From Pedosphaera sp. (lineage in GTDB: Bacteria > Verrucomicrobiota > Verrucomicrobiia > Limisphaerales > SIBH01), in NCBI GenBank assembly GCA_031414955.1, contig JANOQV010000109.1, positions 1-37,290 of the forward strand: a DNA stretch of 37,290 bases, read 5' to 3'. Every line of letters begins with the position of its first letter. Positions within the stretch are counted from its first letter, which is position 1. Position numbers and translations under genes: made by a program. Shown here one piece after another: positions 33,851 to 37,290 of the stretch. The notes under the pieces are model-generated. The model saw only the letters and a list, made by a program, of their open reading frames with translations. It had not been told where the DNA came from and searched no databases.

Positions 33851-36816
33851 GCCGGAGCGGTGGACGCACGCCCACGACGGCGCGGGGTGGCAGGCAGCAG
33901 CGGGGCGGTGAGCTGTTCGTAGAGGCGGAAGAGGTGTTCCACGCGCTCGCGGTCGGAGTGGAAGGGTTCGGCGCGATAGCATTTCTCCACGGCGCGATCC
34001 AACTCGGCGTGGGCGCGGAGCAGATCGCGCGGCATGGTGTTCGGGTCGTAGAGATCGGCGAGCGTGGCCGTCCCGGTGGGGTGAGACTCCGTCGAACCCT
34101 GATCAAGTTTTCCCTGGATGAGCCGCGACTTCGCCGGGCCGCGGGCTTTTTTGATGCTCGCTCCGCTCGCCTCGCTGCGCTCGTTCGACGGCTCGACGGA
34201 GTCTCGCCCCACCGGAGTCATGTAGCGCGCACGCGCGGCCAGCACTGCGCGGGCTTTTTCTTCCACGCGCTCGCGTTGTGCCGGAGTTGGATTCGGCCAG
34301 GGGAAGTTGTTGTAAATGGATGGCGCATAGCTCAACCGCGATTCAAGACGCCCGCAGACTACTCGAACCCAAGCCATGTGGATGCCCGATGTGATTACGC
34401 CAAAGTGGTAGATGCTTCCGTCAACAATGATTTGCAGCTTGTTACTCGCGATGACCGTTGGAGGCAGGAAAGCAATGGGAATGTATCGACGGTTCTCCGA
34501 GGAAACTTCCGGGACTGCAATGAATTCCGTTTCCGGCTGCCGGTCTTGAGTAAAAAGAGACGGTGCCGACGCACAGTCTCGGACGTGTTGAGTTGGACTT
34601 CGCAGACGCGATTCACGAACACGCTCGACGCGGTCCATGACTTTCGGAAGACGGCGCAGAAGCTCAGGTCGTGCGTTCTTGAGCCACAGACACCAACGGT
34701 GCGTGCTCTGAATCAGTTCATCTCCACCAATGAAAGGCTTGAGGAACGGCTCCGCGCCGGGTTCTTCGCGAATGAGTTCGTTCTTCTCTTCTTCTGTGAG
34801 AATTAGGTGTCCGCCGTCTGTCGGCTGGCTGCCTTTTTTCATTTGAGGAAAACCGGAGCGTGGCTCCGTTCGAGATGGAAGAATGATTGTGGTGCCAGCA
34901 ACGAGATAAGGGTTGATGTTAGAACACTCGGTCAGAGTCGGTTGCATCCCGGTTGGGTCGGCATCGTAGTCATATATTCTTCGAGCGATAGGCGGGCGAA
35001 CTGAAAATCCGATGATGACAACATCTACCTGTGCTCTGCCGCGAGCAGAGCTAGCCCAGTTGAACGTGCGATGGGCGAAATCAATCGAAATACCGCGTGA
35101 CAGAAGTTCCGCCCAGAGAATGCCGACCTGCTCACCTTGCGTGATGGAGTTTGTGGCGACGAATCCGACATGCGCCGAAGTCCCAACGACAAATTCAGCG
35201 GCGCGACGAAACCAGCAAGTCACATAGTCGAGCCGACCGAAGCGCCCATTCTCGCCCCATACACTCGCCATGTCCTCCTGTTGTTCGGTGTTTCTCCACT
35301 GATGGCCTACGAACGGCGGATTGCCCAGCACGTAGCTGCATTTAGCGCGCGGCAACACCGAGTTCCAATCCGTGCGCAGCGCGTTGCCTTGGACGATGTG
35401 CGGCGAGGCGCGGAGCGGAAGGCGGTCGAAGCTTTGGCCGAAGGCTTCGGCGGCTTGTGCGTTCATCTGGTGGTCCATGAGCCAGAGAGCAACTTCGGCG
35501 ATCCGCACGGGCCATTCGGAGTATTCGATCCCGTGGAATTGATCCACGTCCACGAGACACAGGTTGCGAACATCCAGTTCGCGCTGCTCTGCGCCGTGAA
35601 TCTCCTTGAGGACTTCGAGTTCGAGCAGGCGCAGTTCGCGGTAGGCGAGGACGAGGAAGTTGCCGCAACCGCAGGCCGGATCGAGGAACCGGAGCGCGCG
35701 CAGTTTCTGGTGGAAGGCTTCGAGATTCGCGCGGCGGCGGGTGGAGCGGTCGCGCTGGAGTTGCGCGAACTCGGCGCGGAGTTCGTCGAGGAACAGTGAG
35801 CGGAGCACCTTTATGATGTCGCGCTCGCTGGTGTAGTGCGCGCCCTGCTGGCGGCGCGCGCGGTCTTCCATCACGCCTTGAAAGAGCGAGCCGAAGACGG
35901 CGGGCGAGATGCCGGCCCAGAGGAATTCGCAGCAGTAGAGCAGCGAGTCGCGCATGGCGCGATTGAAGACGGGCGTGCGGAGGTGTTCGCGAAAGAGCAG
36001 GCCGTTGACGTAGGGGAAGGCGGCCAGTTCCTCGTCCAGGCCGGGCTGGCGTTGCGCGGGCGAGGTGTCGAGCACCTCGAACAGATGGTTGAGCTGCTGG
36101 CCGAGATCAGAACCGTCCTCGCGGGTGCGGCTGCGGATGAATTGCGTGAAGGCGTCGGGCGGAAAAATTCCCGTGTCCTCCGCGAACAAACAGAACAGCA
36201 CGCGCACCAGCAGGCGCTCCAGCTCGTGACCGGAAAATCCACCCGCGAGGAGTGCGTCATGCAGCTCGCACATGCGGGCGTAGGCTTTCTCGTTCGCCGG
36301 GTCTTCGGGATCGAGCCGCACGCGCGTCTGCCCGAGCATGAAGGCGAAGGAGCGGATGGCGCGCGGGAATTCATCGAGCGTGAACGAGACGCGGGAACTC
36401 GGGCGTCCAGCAAAGAGCGGCAGATCGCGCTGCTCCTCTGGCTCCAGATCGAACAGAACGAAGCGGGCAAAATCGGAGACGAGAACGAAGCGCGGAATCT
36501 CGTCGTGGCGGTTTTCGCGGGCGAGGTCTTCGATGTAGCCGAGCGCCTGCGTCTCCGCAGCGTCGAGGCTTTGGCCGAAACTCTTGTGTTCGACGAGGAG
36601 CCGTCCGCGCCAGAGCAGATCGATGGCGTTGGTGTGGCCTTGCAGATTGCGGACGTTGGCCTCGAACGAGGCGACAGAGGCGCGGCGGATGCCGAAGACG
36701 TCGAAGAACTCGTTCCAGAACGTCTGCTTGTGGGCGCGTTCTGAGCGGTCGCCCGCGTGACTGCGCGAGAAACGGATCGCGCGATCCCGGACTTCACTCC
36801 AAGAGAGATGAGGCAT
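33841..36816 (-). CDS. MmeI-like type IIL restriction-modification enzyme (nuclease, m6A methyltransferase and target recognition domain in one chain)
   Basis: FWNEFFDVFG, IDLLW...VEHKS (PD-ExK), FPYVNGLLF, GAHYTSE, FLDPACGCGNFL (motif I), GNPPFVG (motif IV), TNSITQGEQ, FAHRTFNW, VSSENRRYIPI, YNNFPWP, TLADLYDP. Confidence 0.92.
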   Translation of the reverse strand: MPHLSWSEVRDRAIRFSRSHAGDRSERAHKQTFWNEFFDVFGIRRASVASFEANVRNLQGHTNAIDLLWRGRLLVEHKSFGQSLDAAETQALGYIEDLARENRHDEIPRFVLVSDFARFVLFDLEPEEQRDLPLFAGRPSSRVSFTLDEFPRAIRSFAFMLGQTRVRLDPEDPANEKAYARMCELHDALLAGGFSGHELERLLVRVLFCLFAEDTGIFPPDAFTQFIRSRTREDGSDLGQQLNHLFEVLDTSPAQRQPGLDEELAAFPYVNGLLFREHLRTPVFNRAMRDSLLYCCEFLWAGISPAVFGSLFQGVMEDRARRQQGAHYTSERDIIKVLRSLFLDELRAEFAQLQRDRSTRRRANLEAFHQKLRALRFLDPACGCGNFLVLAYRELRLLELEVLKEIHGAEQRELDVRNLCLVDVDQFHGIEYSEWPVRIAEVALWLMDHQMNAQAAEAFGQSFDRLPLRASPHIVQGNALRTDWNSVLPRAKCSYVLGNPPFVGHQWRNTEQQEDMASVWGENGRFGRLDYVTCWFRRAAEFVVGTSAHVGFVATNSITQGEQVGILWAELLSRGISIDFAHRTFNWASSARGRAQVDVVIIGFSVRPPIARRIYDYDADPTGMQPTLTECSNINPYLVAGTTIILPSRTEPRSGFPQMKKGSQPTDGGHLILTEEEKNELIREEPGAEPFLKPFIGGDELIQSTHRWCLWLKNARPELLRRLPKVMDRVERVRESRLRSPTQHVRDCASAPSLFTQDRQPETEFIAVPEVSSENRRYIPIAFLPPTVIASNKLQIIVDGSIYHFGVITSGIHMAWVRVVCGRLESRLSYAPSIYNNFPWPNPTPAQRERVEEKARAVLAARARYMTPVGRDSVEPSNERSEASGASIKKARGPAKSRLIQGKLDQGSTESHPTGTATLADLYDPNTMPRDLLRAHAELDRAVEKCYRAEPFHSDRERVEHLFRLYEQLTAPLLPATPRRRGRASTAPASA
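34073..34215. repeat. REP pair inserted in frame in the MmeI-like gene
   Basis: CCGGTGGGGTGAGACTCCGTCGAACC (34073-34098) versus reverse complement of 34190-34215, 24/26 match; translated PVGRDSVEPS...QGSTESHPTG. Confidence 0.88.
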
Positions 36817-36941
36817 AGCTGTTCGCTCGCGCGCGAATCAGCCCTGTCGGGGTGGCGTGTCCTCCGTGGGTTCTTTCCCGGTGCCTGAAAAACAAATGGG
36901 ACGTGTCTACACACGCCCCATCACAGGCACCGCTAAGAGCC

Positions 36942-37001
36942 CACAGAGGAGCGCTTTCAACACGCCCCAGGCGGGGCGTGCATCAAGCGTTGTCCTCTGT
37001 G
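36942..37001. repeat. Long imperfect hairpin upstream of the R-M gene
   Basis: CACAGAGGA/TCCTCTGTG outer stem, CGCTT/AAGCG middle stem, CACGCCCC-AGGC-GGGGCGTG apical stem. Confidence 0.55.
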
Positions 37002-37290
37002 TCGAAATTAGCGGTTTCGTGATGGACAGCAGCCGAAGCTACGCGAATTGGTTTTGGTTAAATTGGTTTCTTGATCGTTTTGTTTTTCTGAACGCGGCGA
37101 GAGTAGCGGGGGCGGAACGCGGGCGACAATCTCGAAAGATTTTGGCGAGAGAGGGGGGCGTATTTTGAAAGTCCCACCGTGGTGCTACTGGGGGCCACGA
37201 CACAGGAATGTGTCTGAACCTGCCGGCAGGTAAGCCGGCGTTACGCCGTTGCGCCGGGGTTTCACCCCGCAGGGTTGGTGAAATTGAAGT

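Noticed and set aside
36857..37290. 103-aa ORF and short palindromes at the right edge (e.g. ACCTGCCGGCAGGT at 37218-37231)
   Set aside because: The ORF lacks codon bias or motifs; the palindromes look like partial REP units and are cut by the window edge. No tRNA or integrase is recognisable.

Overview
High-GC bacterial DNA; the gene repertoire suggests Verrucomicrobiota/PVC (inference). Left to right: the 3' part of a membrane Ser/Thr kinase with a PDZ domain, two small exported/membrane genes around a MITE-like element, a giant secreted PA14/lamin-tail/CotH protein, a beta-propeller protein, then an operon of DUF2911, a large PIG-L/LmbE-type hydrolase, a 48-aa membrane peptide, a sodium:solute symporter, a half-size BshC-like protein and BshB1. 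BshA lies about 6.6 kb further on, separated by a module of an ECF sigma factor, a 60-aa mini-protein, a WD40 Ser/Thr kinase and a divergent ScyD/ScyE-like gene. A DUF1592/DUF1552 pair and an MmeI-like type IIL restriction-modification gene close the window. Best leads: (1) a bacillithiol-type pathway with a minimal BshC linked to an exported PIG-L hydrolase and importer; (2) a kinase/mini-protein/ECF circuit with a perfectly symmetric divergent motif GTGAGCCTTT-N11-TGGCGCATG; (3) a duplicated promoter-plus-leader element ahead of two unrelated operons; (4) three different palindromic repeats inserted in frame inside protein-coding genes. All family assignments are from motif recognition, not database searches.
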